Shown one piece after another: positions 51,699 to 61,838 of a stretch of DNA of 64,000 nucleotides. Source of the stretch: Escherichia phage A4. The stretch lies in the sequence record ON286972; one strand, written 5' to 3'. The position numbers and the translations under genes were made by a program. Under the pieces are notes generated by a model. It did no database searches. It was not told the DNA's origin and saw only the letters and a list, made by a program, of their open reading frames with translations. Within the stretch, counting starts at the first letter, position 1, and each line of letters opens with the position of its first letter.

Positions 51699-52031
51699 AT
51701 GATTAATTTATTTTCAACTGAGGTTATGATTAAAATTACATTAGTATACATATGTCTATTCGTATACTACCACGCTCTCATCGGAATCTTGTGGTTCTTT
51801 AAGAAAGGTCGTATTCTTGAGAAATTGTACCCAGACTATATGATATTGTATACAATTGTCCAGGGTGTAGGAATAGTACTGGGAATTCTAGTGCACTTGA
51901 TATATTTGTTTGAACCACACCTTCCGTGTATTACACAATACATTGTATTCGGAACTACTATTATGTGGCTTGTAATGATGGGTGTGTATGGTCTGTATTT
52001 GTACAGGAAACGTATAGTGGGAGATTTCTAA
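51699..52031 (+). CDS. small integral membrane protein (110 aa)
   Basis: ORF track; multiple TM helices. Confidence 0.5.
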   Translation: MINLFSTEVMIKITLVYICLFVYYHALIGILWFFKKGRILEKLYPDYMILYTIVQGVGIVLGILVHLIYLFEPHLPCITQYIVFGTTIMWLVMMGVYGLYLYRKRIVGDF

Positions 52032-52384
52032 TGCAAGAGGTTATTAAATGGTTGACAACCAGTGATATTGCTAGTACACTGAACTATGTACTCATTATCT
52101 TATATCCGTTTTTGATGGTTCTAAACTTCATTGGATGGTATTTCAAACGTCCAATTTACTACAAGATTAATAATTCAGAGTACTATGAAAGTGTTGTAAT
52201 TGCAACCTCAATCACGTATACTATGGGTGCGGTTCTTACAGTCATAGGATTAGGTCAAGGTGATAATCTTAACTTTATGCTATGTACCTTTGTTATGATA
52301 TGTATTCCAACACTAATTGTAATTCTATCGAATATTGTGTGGAAAAAAATGTTATTTGCACGCAACAAAATACCGGAGGCATAA
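52031..52384 (+). CDS. small integral membrane protein (117 aa)
   Basis: Track ORF 51926..52384 trimmed to ATG 52031 after GGGAG; contains WYFKRPIYYKI. Confidence 0.5.
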   Translation: MQEVIKWLTTSDIASTLNYVLIILYPFLMVLNFIGWYFKRPIYYKINNSEYYESVVIATSITYTMGAVLTVIGLGQGDNLNFMLCTFVMICIPTLIVILSNIVWKKMLFARNKIPEA

Positions 52385-52719
52385 TGGAGTACTTTATCAG
52401 TTTACTACCGTGGTACTTGAAAGTAAGTACAATTTACTACATCATTTCCGCTGGGTTTTATTTCTTGATGTGGTTCTTTAAACGTCCAATCAGTGAATTC
52501 ATCGATAATCATATGATGAGTTTTAAACTTCACTGCTGGTTTTGGTCATCGTCAGTGATGCCATTCATCCATTACGGAATTATCAGTACTGGTAAACGTT
52601 CTAATGGTGAAATCATTTCCTTGGGTTTTTACTGGATATCGACTATTGTTTACATTGGTGTGCTTTTGTATCCATTTGTAGTTAAACTACGAAACTCTAT
52701 CCCAGATCACAGGAAATAA
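52384..52719 (+). CDS. small integral membrane protein (111 aa), paralog of preceding gene
   Basis: Track ORF 52282..52719 trimmed to ATG 52384 after GGAGG; contains WFFKRPISEFI. Confidence 0.5.
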   Translation: MEYFISLLPWYLKVSTIYYIISAGFYFLMWFFKRPISEFIDNHMMSFKLHCWFWSSSVMPFIHYGIISTGKRSNGEIISLGFYWISTIVYIGVLLYPFVVKLRNSIPDHRK

Positions 52720-52720
52720 T

Positions 52721-53041
52721 ATGAAGATTCAATTTATTCTTTTCACAGTAAGTGCATTCTACTTTTGGGTTTGCTGGATTGGTTTTCTCTTTGCACTAAA
52801 ACCATTTGACTTCTATGCAAAGCAGTGTAAAAATGCTGCTGTTGGTAATGTAGCTTTTACATTGCTTAGTACATTATGGGTAGTACTGATTATATTCAAT
52901 CCACCTGATAATGATTTGGAAATGTCATTGTGTACATTATTTGCAGGACTGTGTGTATTCGCAGCATTCTGTAGTTATATTGGAAAGTTATGTTCTTTGG
53001 TATCAAATTTCCATCGTAAACAAAAAGATAAGAGGGTATAA
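52721..53041 (+). CDS. small integral membrane protein (106 aa)
   Basis: ORF track. Confidence 0.5.
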   Translation: MKIQFILFTVSAFYFWVCWIGFLFALKPFDFYAKQCKNAAVGNVAFTLLSTLWVVLIIFNPPDNDLEMSLCTLFAGLCVFAAFCSYIGKLCSLVSNFHRKQKDKRV

Positions 53042-53424
53042 TGTACACAACAATATATGTTATTCTTAATATCCTAAGTGCATGTCTAACAATAGGTGCA
53101 TTAATATACATTGGAAAGTTCTTTTGTGTAAAGTTCGTCGAAGATGTGTATGAGGATATTGAATCCGACTACGAATCTAAGTGCTTCTTCCATGTTGGAT
53201 ATATCATTTGCTTAGTAACCACTATCTTCACATGGATTGTATACGTATTCGGGATTGGAATCACTTCAATTGGTGAACCAGTACTGTGCATTATTGGATT
53301 AGTGTTTTCTTCAATATTCGGGTTATTGTTCATGATTATTCTTATGTATAATTTAATCTGTACTGCTATTGTTCCTTTCTTTTATGAAATTCACAATAAC
53401 ATTAAACGTAAGAAACGAGGTTAA
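53041..53424 (+). CDS. small integral membrane protein (127 aa)
   Basis: ORF track. Confidence 0.5.
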   Translation: MYTTIYVILNILSACLTIGALIYIGKFFCVKFVEDVYEDIESDYESKCFFHVGYIICLVTTIFTWIVYVFGIGITSIGEPVLCIIGLVFSSIFGLLFMIILMYNLICTAIVPFFYEIHNNIKRKKRG

Positions 53425-53426
53425 TT

Positions 53427-53780
53427 ATGTTTTCTCCTGCTGGACAAGTTATATTCATGGTATGTACACTGGTATTCTTTATGTTGTCTGTACTATTTGT
53501 GATGAAATTCTTTCACATGAAACCATTCAGTACTTGGTATGATAATATTGTGTACTATATTGGTAATGCTATAACACTCTTTTCAGTTGCATACTATTTC
53601 GGTTATTTTGCAATGCTATTTGGGTTATTACTTGAAGCTCGTGCATTGCTTGTAGCTGGTATGGTGGCAGATTTAATGTGTCTAACACTAGCTTGTATTG
53701 GATTTACTGTATGTATGTCGTTAACCATTTTTGACAAATTATGTAAACTACACAAACGTTTAGGTGAGAGGATGAAATAA
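53427..53780 (+). CDS. small integral membrane protein (117 aa)
   Basis: ORF track. Confidence 0.5.
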   Translation: MFSPAGQVIFMVCTLVFFMLSVLFVMKFFHMKPFSTWYDNIVYYIGNAITLFSVAYYFGYFAMLFGLLLEARALLVAGMVADLMCLTLACIGFTVCMSLTIFDKLCKLHKRLGERMK

Positions 53781-54163
53781 TGACTTACCGTGATTACTTT
53801 TGTATTTTTGAAATTGCAGTATTCGCTTTAGGTTCAGTCTGGTTACTTCTATACTACTTCTGTATTAATCCAGTATTCAATTGGGTTCGTCGTGCTGAAC
53901 AAAGTAGTGCTGGACAAATAGCAGTTGTTATGGGTATGACATATTATATGTTCGCCGTGGCTTCTGTTGTTATTGAAGTAATATTTGGTGGCATGAATGG
54001 TGATGATGGGGCAACGTTCTATGGATTCGTAACATTCTTTAGTGTGCTGATTCCGTGTGGTGCTCTTATTATTACTGCGTTCTATTGGCTATATCGTGGT
54101 GTTAAGAAGCTGGAATCAATTCACGTAGATATGCGTTCAAAACGAATGGGGATTGACAAATAA
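53780..54163 (+). CDS. small integral membrane protein (127 aa)
   Basis: ORF track. Confidence 0.5.
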   Translation: MTYRDYFCIFEIAVFALGSVWLLLYYFCINPVFNWVRRAEQSSAGQIAVVMGMTYYMFAVASVVIEVIFGGMNGDDGATFYGFVTFFSVLIPCGALIITAFYWLYRGVKKLESIHVDMRSKRMGIDK

Positions 54164-54714
54164 TGAAACGAAGTTCTAATGTCATTCGCGAACGATTTCG
54201 TAAAGTAAAAACTATTAAGTACGGGACTATTGCTCTTGTACTTAGTAGTACTTTTATTATGACAGGATGTGAACGCTCTGAAGATATTTCTGTATATCAG
54301 AATGTGGACCAATGTAAAAGAAGTGGTAGCAATCCGGTACAGTGTGAAGATGATTATAAAAAAGCACTAACTGAATCGGAAAAGGTAGCACCAAAATATA
54401 GTTCACAAAGTGATTGCTCTAGTGATTTTGGTAATCAGTGTCAACAGCATAGCTCTGGATTCTTTTGGATGCCAATTATGAGTGGATTCCATAGTAGTGG
54501 TAATGGGTTTGCTAGTCAACCACTATACAACTCTAAAGGGAACTACTATGATGCTGGTGGTAACTCCTACGGTAGCAGTACTGCAAAAGGTACAACACGT
54601 ACTGTATCAAGTTCCGCATTAGCTCCAAAACCTCCTACAACGACCACAATCACCCGCAATGGGTTTGGGTCTTCAGTAGCCAGAAGTGCCGCTCACACGA
54701 GTTCTGGTGGATAA
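54163..54714 (+). CDS. lipoprotein (lipobox IMTGC), Ser/Gly/Thr-rich C-terminus
   Basis: N-terminus MKRSSNVIRERFRKVKTIKYGTIALVLSSTFIMTGC; ATGA overlap with upstream gene. Confidence 0.6.
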   Translation: MKRSSNVIRERFRKVKTIKYGTIALVLSSTFIMTGCERSEDISVYQNVDQCKRSGSNPVQCEDDYKKALTESEKVAPKYSSQSDCSSDFGNQCQQHSSGFFWMPIMSGFHSSGNGFASQPLYNSKGNYYDAGGNSYGSSTAKGTTRTVSSSALAPKPPTTTTITRNGFGSSVARSAAHTSSGG

Positions 54715-54715
54715 T

Positions 54716-54745
54716 AAAAAAGCCCACATTAAGTGGGCTTTTTGT
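54716..54745. terminator. bidirectional intrinsic terminator between convergent gene blocks
   Basis: AGCCCAC-ATTAA-GTGGGCT hairpin flanked by AAAAA and TTTTGTT. Confidence 0.6.
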
Positions 54746-56769
54746 TATTTGTGTTTTATGTGTAAAGTGTCTAATATTGTATTGAACAATGATTTAGCAG
54801 AAATCATGATTACTTGATCAAAATCTTTAGTATAAGAAATATTAGCAGTACTGGAAGAATCTTTCACCTCATCCGGTAATGCATCAAACTCTTCTTTTTC
54901 CATAATCTTTTCAAGTTCTTCACGAGAAATGGCTTTTACGTTTTCAATAGTCCTTAGTTGTATATTATAATCTTTATAATACGAAACTAAGTTCGTTGCG
55001 TATGAACCATCTTTAGATGCTGTTCCAGTAAAATCATAACATCCTGTATCAGTACTAACCCAATCGATTTTCCCTGAACTACCACTATATACACCTTTGT
55101 TGAACTTAATGTTAACAACATCACCAATAGTTTTCAATATACCACCTTTACATTCATTAAATGCGTTTAATTGATAACTTGTAGTCATATAGAATTTCGG
55201 TTCTAATGTAACAGTATCACCTACAGTTGCTTTCATATCAGAAACACTTAAGAACAATTCATTAAATCCTTTTGAATAAGTCTTGGTAATTGTTGTTCCA
55301 TCCCTGTTAGTTACTGTGTATTCTAAGTCCAATTCACAAATACTATTCAATGATAAGTAAGGGATATCAAATTTATCAGTACTAGCATCATAAGGACATC
55401 TTGAGGATGGTAGTATACCAGTAGGGTTTGGTACGTATTGAACTTTTGTTAACTCATACCCGCTTGCATTCGCTGGTGTAACTGTAATAGACGGTGTAGA
55501 TATTCCTTTCATTCCACAGAAGTATATGTTATCTGGAAAATCATTTATTACGAAGTCAGTGACAGGAATATCATAAGTATCTTTATCAGTCCAATTAAGA
55601 ACAACATTAGAACTGGTTGGATCAACAATATGTTCACTAGAACCACAGAAATATACTGATTTGGTATTAGTAATCATTAGTAATGTTTTGGATGATGAGT
55701 TCAATTCAAGAACATCTTTCACTTCAAGACCAGATGGTAATGTCAATGGTAACTTCGTAAATGATGTTAAATCTTGTTCATCTTTAACACCACTAGTCCC
55801 CGCCGGAAACTTACCTGAACCATAGAAAACACCTTTATTCGTCATGAAATACATGAACGGGGTTGATGTTCCTTTGTCAAATAGTTGAATGTCATCACAT
55901 GTTAAACCATCAGGTAAATCCACTTTAGATGGAGTTCTATAAACACCAGGCTTAATACCACCTTCACCATTACTTACATCACCTAGTACATATAAATCTT
56001 TACCTAGTTTCAAGAACATTGATTTATTTTTAGCACACAAGAATGTATCATATGATTTATCATCAATTGGTAGCTTGGTATATTCGGTGTATGTAGGCAT
56101 TGAATCATCAATCCACGAACTATCACCACTAATGTAAATGTGATTGTTTCTGTCAATATAATATGAATACACATCAGTACTGTTCATATATAAAGCATTT
56201 AGTGCATTTGTTTTCACTAAGTGATTGAACTTAAGAACTTGTTTTCCATCGTACTTATGGGAGTTGACACCAATATCACCATTTAGGCTACTACCAATTG
56301 AATATATATGACCACGTGGTAATAGAACTTGAACACCACTTTTGGTTAAATTATATTTGGAGTGCAAGAGATCGTTATATACAACTCTAACTTTCTTAAA
56401 GATATCAGTACATTCAATCCACGATTTAGATGGTGTACCATCCATTCCTATTATTGCCGGATCACCATAATAATAAGCTTTATTTTCATATGATATTTTA
56501 AAAGATGATTTACCATCTTTTGTATTAGCACTGAAGTACACATCTTTACTATCTTTAATTGGATAAGTACTATTCTCTACAAAAGTATTATATGAGATAT
56601 CGTTGTTAGCACTATTAAGAACAAAAGAAGTAGATGTACTATTGGACTTATAGACTGCTACGGAAGATGTATCACTGAAATCAATTTTAGTGAACGTATC
56701 TTTGTATGTTTCGTTTAATAATCCTACATAAAAAACATCAGTGCCATCCATCAGTAACGAATATAGCAT
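54745..56769 (-). CDS. RCC1-like repeat protein, possibly the C-terminal part of a frameshifted gene continuing from 56738..57682
   Basis: ORF track; no RBS before its ATG; frame opens 29 nt upstream of the stop of the preceding minus-strand ORF. Confidence 0.55.
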   Translation of the reverse strand: MLYSLLMDGTDVFYVGLLNETYKDTFTKIDFSDTSSVAVYKSNSTSTSFVLNSANNDISYNTFVENSTYPIKDSKDVYFSANTKDGKSSFKISYENKAYYYGDPAIIGMDGTPSKSWIECTDIFKKVRVVYNDLLHSKYNLTKSGVQVLLPRGHIYSIGSSLNGDIGVNSHKYDGKQVLKFNHLVKTNALNALYMNSTDVYSYYIDRNNHIYISGDSSWIDDSMPTYTEYTKLPIDDKSYDTFLCAKNKSMFLKLGKDLYVLGDVSNGEGGIKPGVYRTPSKVDLPDGLTCDDIQLFDKGTSTPFMYFMTNKGVFYGSGKFPAGTSGVKDEQDLTSFTKLPLTLPSGLEVKDVLELNSSSKTLLMITNTKSVYFCGSSEHIVDPTSSNVVLNWTDKDTYDIPVTDFVINDFPDNIYFCGMKGISTPSITVTPANASGYELTKVQYVPNPTGILPSSRCPYDASTDKFDIPYLSLNSICELDLEYTVTNRDGTTITKTYSKGFNELFLSVSDMKATVGDTVTLEPKFYMTTSYQLNAFNECKGGILKTIGDVVNIKFNKGVYSGSSGKIDWVSTDTGCYDFTGTASKDGSYATNLVSYYKDYNIQLRTIENVKAISREELEKIMEKEEFDALPDEVKDSSSTANISYTKDFDQVIMISAKSLFNTILDTLHIKHK

Positions 56770-57682
56770 TTCTATTATTACATAAAGAAGTAATATTTTT
56801 TACTACTTTATTTGAATTATAGTTTGGTAACTTCTTTAATCCACGAACAAAATTATCACAAATAATACCAGTACCATAGAAGTTATAATCTTTATCACAG
56901 TATATAAATGCTGTATCATATGGTGAAGTACTTAAATTCTTATAGAATGGGAATGGAGTGAATGTGAATTGTAGAACCTTACGCAATTCCCCTACTGTCT
57001 CTGTTGGGAATTGTCTGTTTTTATTATTACCAATAAAAACAACTCTATCTGTTAGGAATGTGTACATAATTCCATATGGTTTTACGTACAAATCATTATA
57101 TCCCAATGATAATTTAGTTGGTGATGTTAGTGGTCCTGAGTTTATTTTGGTTTGATTAATTGAAAACTCATTAGAATTATAACCAGCCCCATATGTATTA
57201 CCATTAGTACTTAAATAATATACAGTAGCTTCCCCTGCTCCAAGAAAAGTCTTTACATCAGTTGCTAACGTTTTTTGGAAAGTTGGATAAAATTTATTAT
57301 ATGTTCCCGTTCCCATCATCAGTTCACCATTGCGGTTATGACCACGAGCATATAGAATACCTTTGTCTGTATCTAAGAAGAACATACCATTATATGTTTT
57401 GTAAATCTTACCTTTTGTAATATCGAAATTGGAAAAATCATCACTAATATCAATGAATATTGTCTCAAGATTATCTTCAAGGGAGTTTAGAGATTTACCA
57501 CAATACCATACTGAGTTATCTTTTTTAACAGCAACACAACCACACGGACTGGCATCAAAATATGTTACATCGGAAAGAACCAGAGATAAGTTCTTTGTAC
57601 TGCAATAGTTATCCATTGCATATAAATCGGAATCTTTAAGTATATATACGGAATTCCCAACCGCTTTAATCGAATTTATCAT
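56738..57682 (-). CDS. RCC1-like repeat protein (N-terminal part or separate gene)
   Basis: Track ORF 56738..57772 trimmed to ATG 57682 (MINSIK...) after GAGGA RBS; G.N..GELMMGTG-type repeats. Confidence 0.55.
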   Translation of the reverse strand: MINSIKAVGNSVYILKDSDLYAMDNYCSTKNLSLVLSDVTYFDASPCGCVAVKKDNSVWYCGKSLNSLEDNLETIFIDISDDFSNFDITKGKIYKTYNGMFFLDTDKGILYARGHNRNGELMMGTGTYNKFYPTFQKTLATDVKTFLGAGEATVYYLSTNGNTYGAGYNSNEFSINQTKINSGPLTSPTKLSLGYNDLYVKPYGIMYTFLTDRVVFIGNNKNRQFPTETVGELRKVLQFTFTPFPFYKNLSTSPYDTAFIYCDKDYNFYGTGIICDNFVRGLKKLPNYNSNKVVKNITSLCNNRNAIFVTDGWH

Positions 57683-57901
57683 GTTTATATCCTCATAAAT
57701 TGATACCAATTCTAATGTATTTACCCACTTAAAGTACAAAAAATGATCAATTAAATGGGGAATCTTTAACAAATGAATTCATGATGTACTTGATGAATTG
57801 CCCATACCAACGGATTCCTCAGTCCCAGCATACCACATGGTATTATCGAACTTTTTATCATTGTAGTATCATAACCACACCAAACATCATCAACATTAGT
57901 A

Positions 57902-59254
57902 TTACAACAATTGTATTTCTGTGAGTGTTTGATATGTTGTACCGTTGTACACACCTCTCCAATATACCCTACCTTCAGTACTAACCACTAATAATCCATA
58001 TGTTGTAAACCCAAGAGTACCACCAACATACATAGCATCTTTAATTCGAATACCAATGTCTTCATATGTAAATGAAGCGACTGCTCCCGCTTGCCACGAA
58101 GGACTAGCGTAGTAATCACTATAAACACCATGTGCTTTATATATTGATGTTGTTCCTGGTTCAAAAATTACAGTTCCACAGTAGTTCATTCGTATTTTAG
58201 TACTGGATGAAGTCGGTACATTTATACCTATGCCATCTTTTATCCCTGTAGTTAGGACGTTAAAACCACCCGCCACACGGTTGACGTCATTCTCACCGAT
58301 TAAAAACATACCAACGTTGTAGCCCATATAATATACACTGCTACTGCCATTCCAGAAAGAAAAACCACCACCATTACCACAGCGATATAGTTGTGAATTT
58401 GAGCAGTACATCATACCTTCGTTTGTCGCATCAAATTCATCTGCTGTTCCTATTGTAGCTACAGTAGTCCACGTTTTAATCACTTGGTTTGTACTAGCTG
58501 GTGTTTGTATACCATATCGTATATTATATCCCTTACCAACGATTGTACCATCTTCTAATTTAGCATAAAGTACAGGTCTATTACCAACAAAATACATATT
58601 ATTGTGTGACATGTCTATTGTGCATCTTAATGAAACTACTTTTTGTGTCAATTGATTATCTTTAGTAAAAGAAGTAAAGTAGTAATCCGATGTTGAGTTG
58701 TTTATTAAACCTTGTATTGACAATCCCATATACCAGATTTCACCATTGCTGTTTAATGCTGCCAAAATACAACTATATTTTGAAGTGTATGCTGGTGATG
58801 TTGTTGAAGTTGCTGGTCCTTTATCATATCCACCACAGAATACCATCTCCACAACTTCACCTACGTTCGAAAAATAAGAAGATACATTGATAAAACCATT
58901 TGTTATAAAAGGTGCTGTATTCATACTTGAATGTGTGAATATCCCATTTGCATATACACCACAAAAATGATATGAACCATCATTATCTTGGACTATTATT
59001 CCATTTGATAGTAACCAAAAATTGTTTACATTTTTTCTTACTAATTCAACTCCTGCACCATTGGTTGGTGTTATACCAAAAGAAACATATTTTGTTTGAC
59101 CAATACCATATAAATTTCCATTAGTTGCTAGTATTGCACCAAACCAGTTCCCACCACCATTCCTATCATGACCCATACCAATGGAGTCAAATTTCTTCAC
59201 AGTAGGGACTTCAACTTTATTCCCATACTCTAGCATTCTAACAAAAGGTAACAT
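57902..59254 (-). CDS. RCC1-like beta-propeller repeat protein (putative receptor-binding or tail-fibre-like), paralog E
   Basis: Track ORF 57902..59320 trimmed to ATG 59254 (MLPFVRMLEYGN) after AGGAGG; track N-extension reads through the terminator hairpin. Confidence 0.65.
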   Translation of the reverse strand: MLPFVRMLEYGNKVEVPTVKKFDSIGMGHDRNGGGNWFGAILATNGNLYGIGQTKYVSFGITPTNGAGVELVRKNVNNFWLLSNGIIVQDNDGSYHFCGVYANGIFTHSSMNTAPFITNGFINVSSYFSNVGEVVEMVFCGGYDKGPATSTTSPAYTSKYSCILAALNSNGEIWYMGLSIQGLINNSTSDYYFTSFTKDNQLTQKVVSLRCTIDMSHNNMYFVGNRPVLYAKLEDGTIVGKGYNIRYGIQTPASTNQVIKTWTTVATIGTADEFDATNEGMMYCSNSQLYRCGNGGGFSFWNGSSSVYYMGYNVGMFLIGENDVNRVAGGFNVLTTGIKDGIGINVPTSSSTKIRMNYCGTVIFEPGTTSIYKAHGVYSDYYASPSWQAGAVASFTYEDIGIRIKDAMYVGGTLGFTTYGLLVVSTEGRVYWRGVYNGTTYQTLTEIQLL

Positions 59255-59318
59255 ATATCCTCCTTTATTCATTATATTATATTTAATCAAAAAAGAAAAG
59301 CCAGTACAGAGTACTGGC
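59255..59318 (-). promoter_or_regulatory. repeated intergenic cassette: terminator hairpin, TATAAT box, AGGAGG RBS
   Basis: Minus-strand read: GCCAGTACTCTGTACTGGC, T-tract, GATTAAATATAATATAATGAATAAAGGAGG, ATG; near-identical at four sites. Confidence 0.5.
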
Positions 59319-59329
59319 ATTTAAAATAA

Positions 59330-60505
59330 TCAAAATGTAGGAAGTTTGAATTCTCTCATAACAGATGAACTGCTTGCAGATACATTATCTGGTGATTTCC
59401 CTGCGTAGTATAATTTATTATCAATGAACATATACAATGTTGCATCATTTCCTGCTACAAGTGATTCACTTTTCTTAAATTTAACACCACTAGGTAAAAT
59501 TGCTTCAACAAATGAACCTGATTCTCTTGTAGTATTATTTGCCAATTGACCATTGTTATTATAACCAGTACTATAAATTTTACCTGAACTATAATATACG
59601 AGTCCACGAGTACTAGTGTTTTCTATTCGAATGAATTCACTATCATCTGGGACTGTAGTTGATAGAACTGGGTTTAACTTATAAGCAGATGATACATTAT
59701 TATTACCCAATTGACCATAACCTTGAAAGCCTAGTGTATACATAGGACATGATTCTGGTGTGCCTTTTGTTATAATACCAATATAATTCACACTACAAAA
59801 AATGTCTATTGCTTCTGTAATAGGTGTACCCTTATATTGAACCCAAGGGAATACATACGATTGTTGCTTACCATTTCCCAAAGTACCGGAAGTTGTTGTC
59901 CCAGTACGCCACATTGTATCATCAAGTTTAATAATCCAGTTAGCTGTCGTTATCGATGAACAGAATTTTTTAACATTATCCACTAAAAATGTAAATTGAT
60001 TATAATATGATGCAGTGTTTATACCAAACTTAGCACCAGTATTATCACCTAACAAATATAAACTATTATCTGTACCTAAAATCAAAGCATAATCATAACC
60101 CACGTATATATCTTTAATTCTTGAAATTCCAAATTGTGTAAAATAGCTTGTACATTCTGTGAATGTTGTTATATTATTGGTTGTATTATTACCTAGCCAT
60201 TTATCTAAACCACTATAAAAGAATCTATCATCATTTGTGCGTATTAGACAAAAAGCGTTCATTGTACTGCACCAAAAATCTTTAACATTGCTATATATTT
60301 TTGTCCATTCAGTTACTGCATTAGTATGACCTAAACCAAAAATTCCACCATTCTGAAGACCAATAGCCCATATTGAACCATTTTTATCAAGCATCATTGT
60401 ACATGTATGTGAATAACCACCCGATGGTGTAACTAATTTAACAAAATTGGGAATATATGGTAAAACTTTATTTCCATAATCCAACATTCTAACAAAAGGT
60501 AACAT
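59330..60505 (-). CDS. RCC1-like beta-propeller repeat protein, paralog D
   Basis: Trimmed to ATG 60505 (MLPFVRMLDYGN); repeats such as GIFGLGHTNAVTEW, GYGQLGNNNVSSAY. Confidence 0.65.
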   Translation of the reverse strand: MLPFVRMLDYGNKVLPYIPNFVKLVTPSGGYSHTCTMMLDKNGSIWAIGLQNGGIFGLGHTNAVTEWTKIYSNVKDFWCSTMNAFCLIRTNDDRFFYSGLDKWLGNNTTNNITTFTECTSYFTQFGISRIKDIYVGYDYALILGTDNSLYLLGDNTGAKFGINTASYYNQFTFLVDNVKKFCSSITTANWIIKLDDTMWRTGTTTSGTLGNGKQQSYVFPWVQYKGTPITEAIDIFCSVNYIGIITKGTPESCPMYTLGFQGYGQLGNNNVSSAYKLNPVLSTTVPDDSEFIRIENTSTRGLVYYSSGKIYSTGYNNNGQLANNTTRESGSFVEAILPSGVKFKKSESLVAGNDATLYMFIDNKLYYAGKSPDNVSASSSSVMREFKLPTF

Positions 60506-60569
60506 AATTCCTCCTTTATTCATTATACTATATTTAATCAAAAAAGAAATGCCAGCATCAAGTACTGGC
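60506..60569 (-). promoter_or_regulatory. repeated intergenic cassette (terminator, TATAAT, RBS)
   Basis: Hairpin GCCAGTACTTGATGCTGGC, T-tract, TATAGTATAATGAATAAAGGAGG. Confidence 0.5.
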
Positions 60570-60576
60570 ATTATTG

Positions 60577-61767
60577 TTATAGTTGTCTTGGTGTATCAAG
60601 TACATATCTATTTGTACTAGGACCACCATCATCATACGTTCCGGTTGAATATATATTTTTCATATCAGCAGTTAGAAAAGTACGATACGAACCGCGATAT
60701 ATTTTTATTTTATCATACATAGAATATGATATTTCTGCTGGCATTGGACATATAGTAAATCTACCAATAGTAACATTAGAACCAACACCCAACGAACCAG
60801 CATAACTACTCGCATTTAAACCAGTTGCATATACACCAGTACTCGTAACTAGTATACTAGATTGTGTTGGGTATCCTGTATGAATTGAATACAAAGTTCC
60901 AGTTGGTAATGTCGTACTATTGCTCCCTAATACAGCAAGTGCCGAACTGGTTGTGGTATTGTTACCCCATGCACCATTACTCGCTAAACCACCAACTAGA
61001 AACTGACGTGCACCAGTACTTGGATTCTCAACCAAAGCACTGACTGCACCACTTGAGCATCCAGTGTATTGTAACGTTTTTGTGTATGTTGTACTTGGTT
61101 TATATAAAGTATATTCATTAAATGGTGTCCATGTGGTACTGGTACTTATACCTGACGTACCACCACCAATATATAAATTATTTTGTGTATCAAAAAACAT
61201 TACACAGTTATTTGTTGACTGTATTTGTGCAATATCAACATTAGGCGTGACAGCTTTTACAAATGATCCATCTGTTATTTGTTGAGTACTACCAGTACCA
61301 TCAGCGAATTGTCTAGCCCCACTCCAACCAGTACTCCATATTGTATTATTATCCATTAATACCGTAAACCACGTAGTACCTCCATACATCTGTTTAATTG
61401 AAGTACTTGAACTTTGCGTGTACAAATTTTCAATATATTGGTTATAACTTAAAAACGTAGTAGTACTAGTTGGTAAACCAATATGATCACCATATCCACA
61501 ATAAAAATAATTTGAGTCATTATCTTGTACTAACAAAGTTCCTTGTGACACCCAGAAATCTTTAACATTTTCTCTAATTAAGGTCCATGACTTTACTGCA
61601 TTACTATTTCCTATACCAAACTTCCCAAAACTATTATTTCCACGTGCGTATAGTTGACCATCCGTATAAAGAACGACAACATCTAAATCAGTTGGTGTTA
61701 TTTTCTTAATTTGAATAGGGACTGGTGTTATATTCCCATAATCAAACATTCTAACAAAAGGTAACAT
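60577..61767 (-). CDS. RCC1-like beta-propeller repeat protein, paralog C
   Basis: ORF track; starts MLPFVRMFDYGN; GKFGIGNSNAVKSW repeats. Confidence 0.65.
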   Translation of the reverse strand: MLPFVRMFDYGNITPVPIQIKKITPTDLDVVVLYTDGQLYARGNNSFGKFGIGNSNAVKSWTLIRENVKDFWVSQGTLLVQDNDSNYFYCGYGDHIGLPTSTTTFLSYNQYIENLYTQSSSTSIKQMYGGTTWFTVLMDNNTIWSTGWSGARQFADGTGSTQQITDGSFVKAVTPNVDIAQIQSTNNCVMFFDTQNNLYIGGGTSGISTSTTWTPFNEYTLYKPSTTYTKTLQYTGCSSGAVSALVENPSTGARQFLVGGLASNGAWGNNTTTSSALAVLGSNSTTLPTGTLYSIHTGYPTQSSILVTSTGVYATGLNASSYAGSLGVGSNVTIGRFTICPMPAEISYSMYDKIKIYRGSYRTFLTADMKNIYSTGTYDDGGPSTNRYVLDTPRQL

Positions 61768-61832
61768 ATTTCCCTCCTTTATTCATTATACTATATTTAA
61801 TCAAAAAAGAAAAGCCAGTATCAAGTACTGGC
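61768..61832 (-). promoter_or_regulatory. repeated intergenic cassette (terminator, TATAAT, RBS)
   Basis: Hairpin GCCAGTACTTGATACTGGC, T-tract, TATAGTATAATGAATAAAGGAGGG. Confidence 0.5.
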
Positions 61833-61838
61833 CTATAT

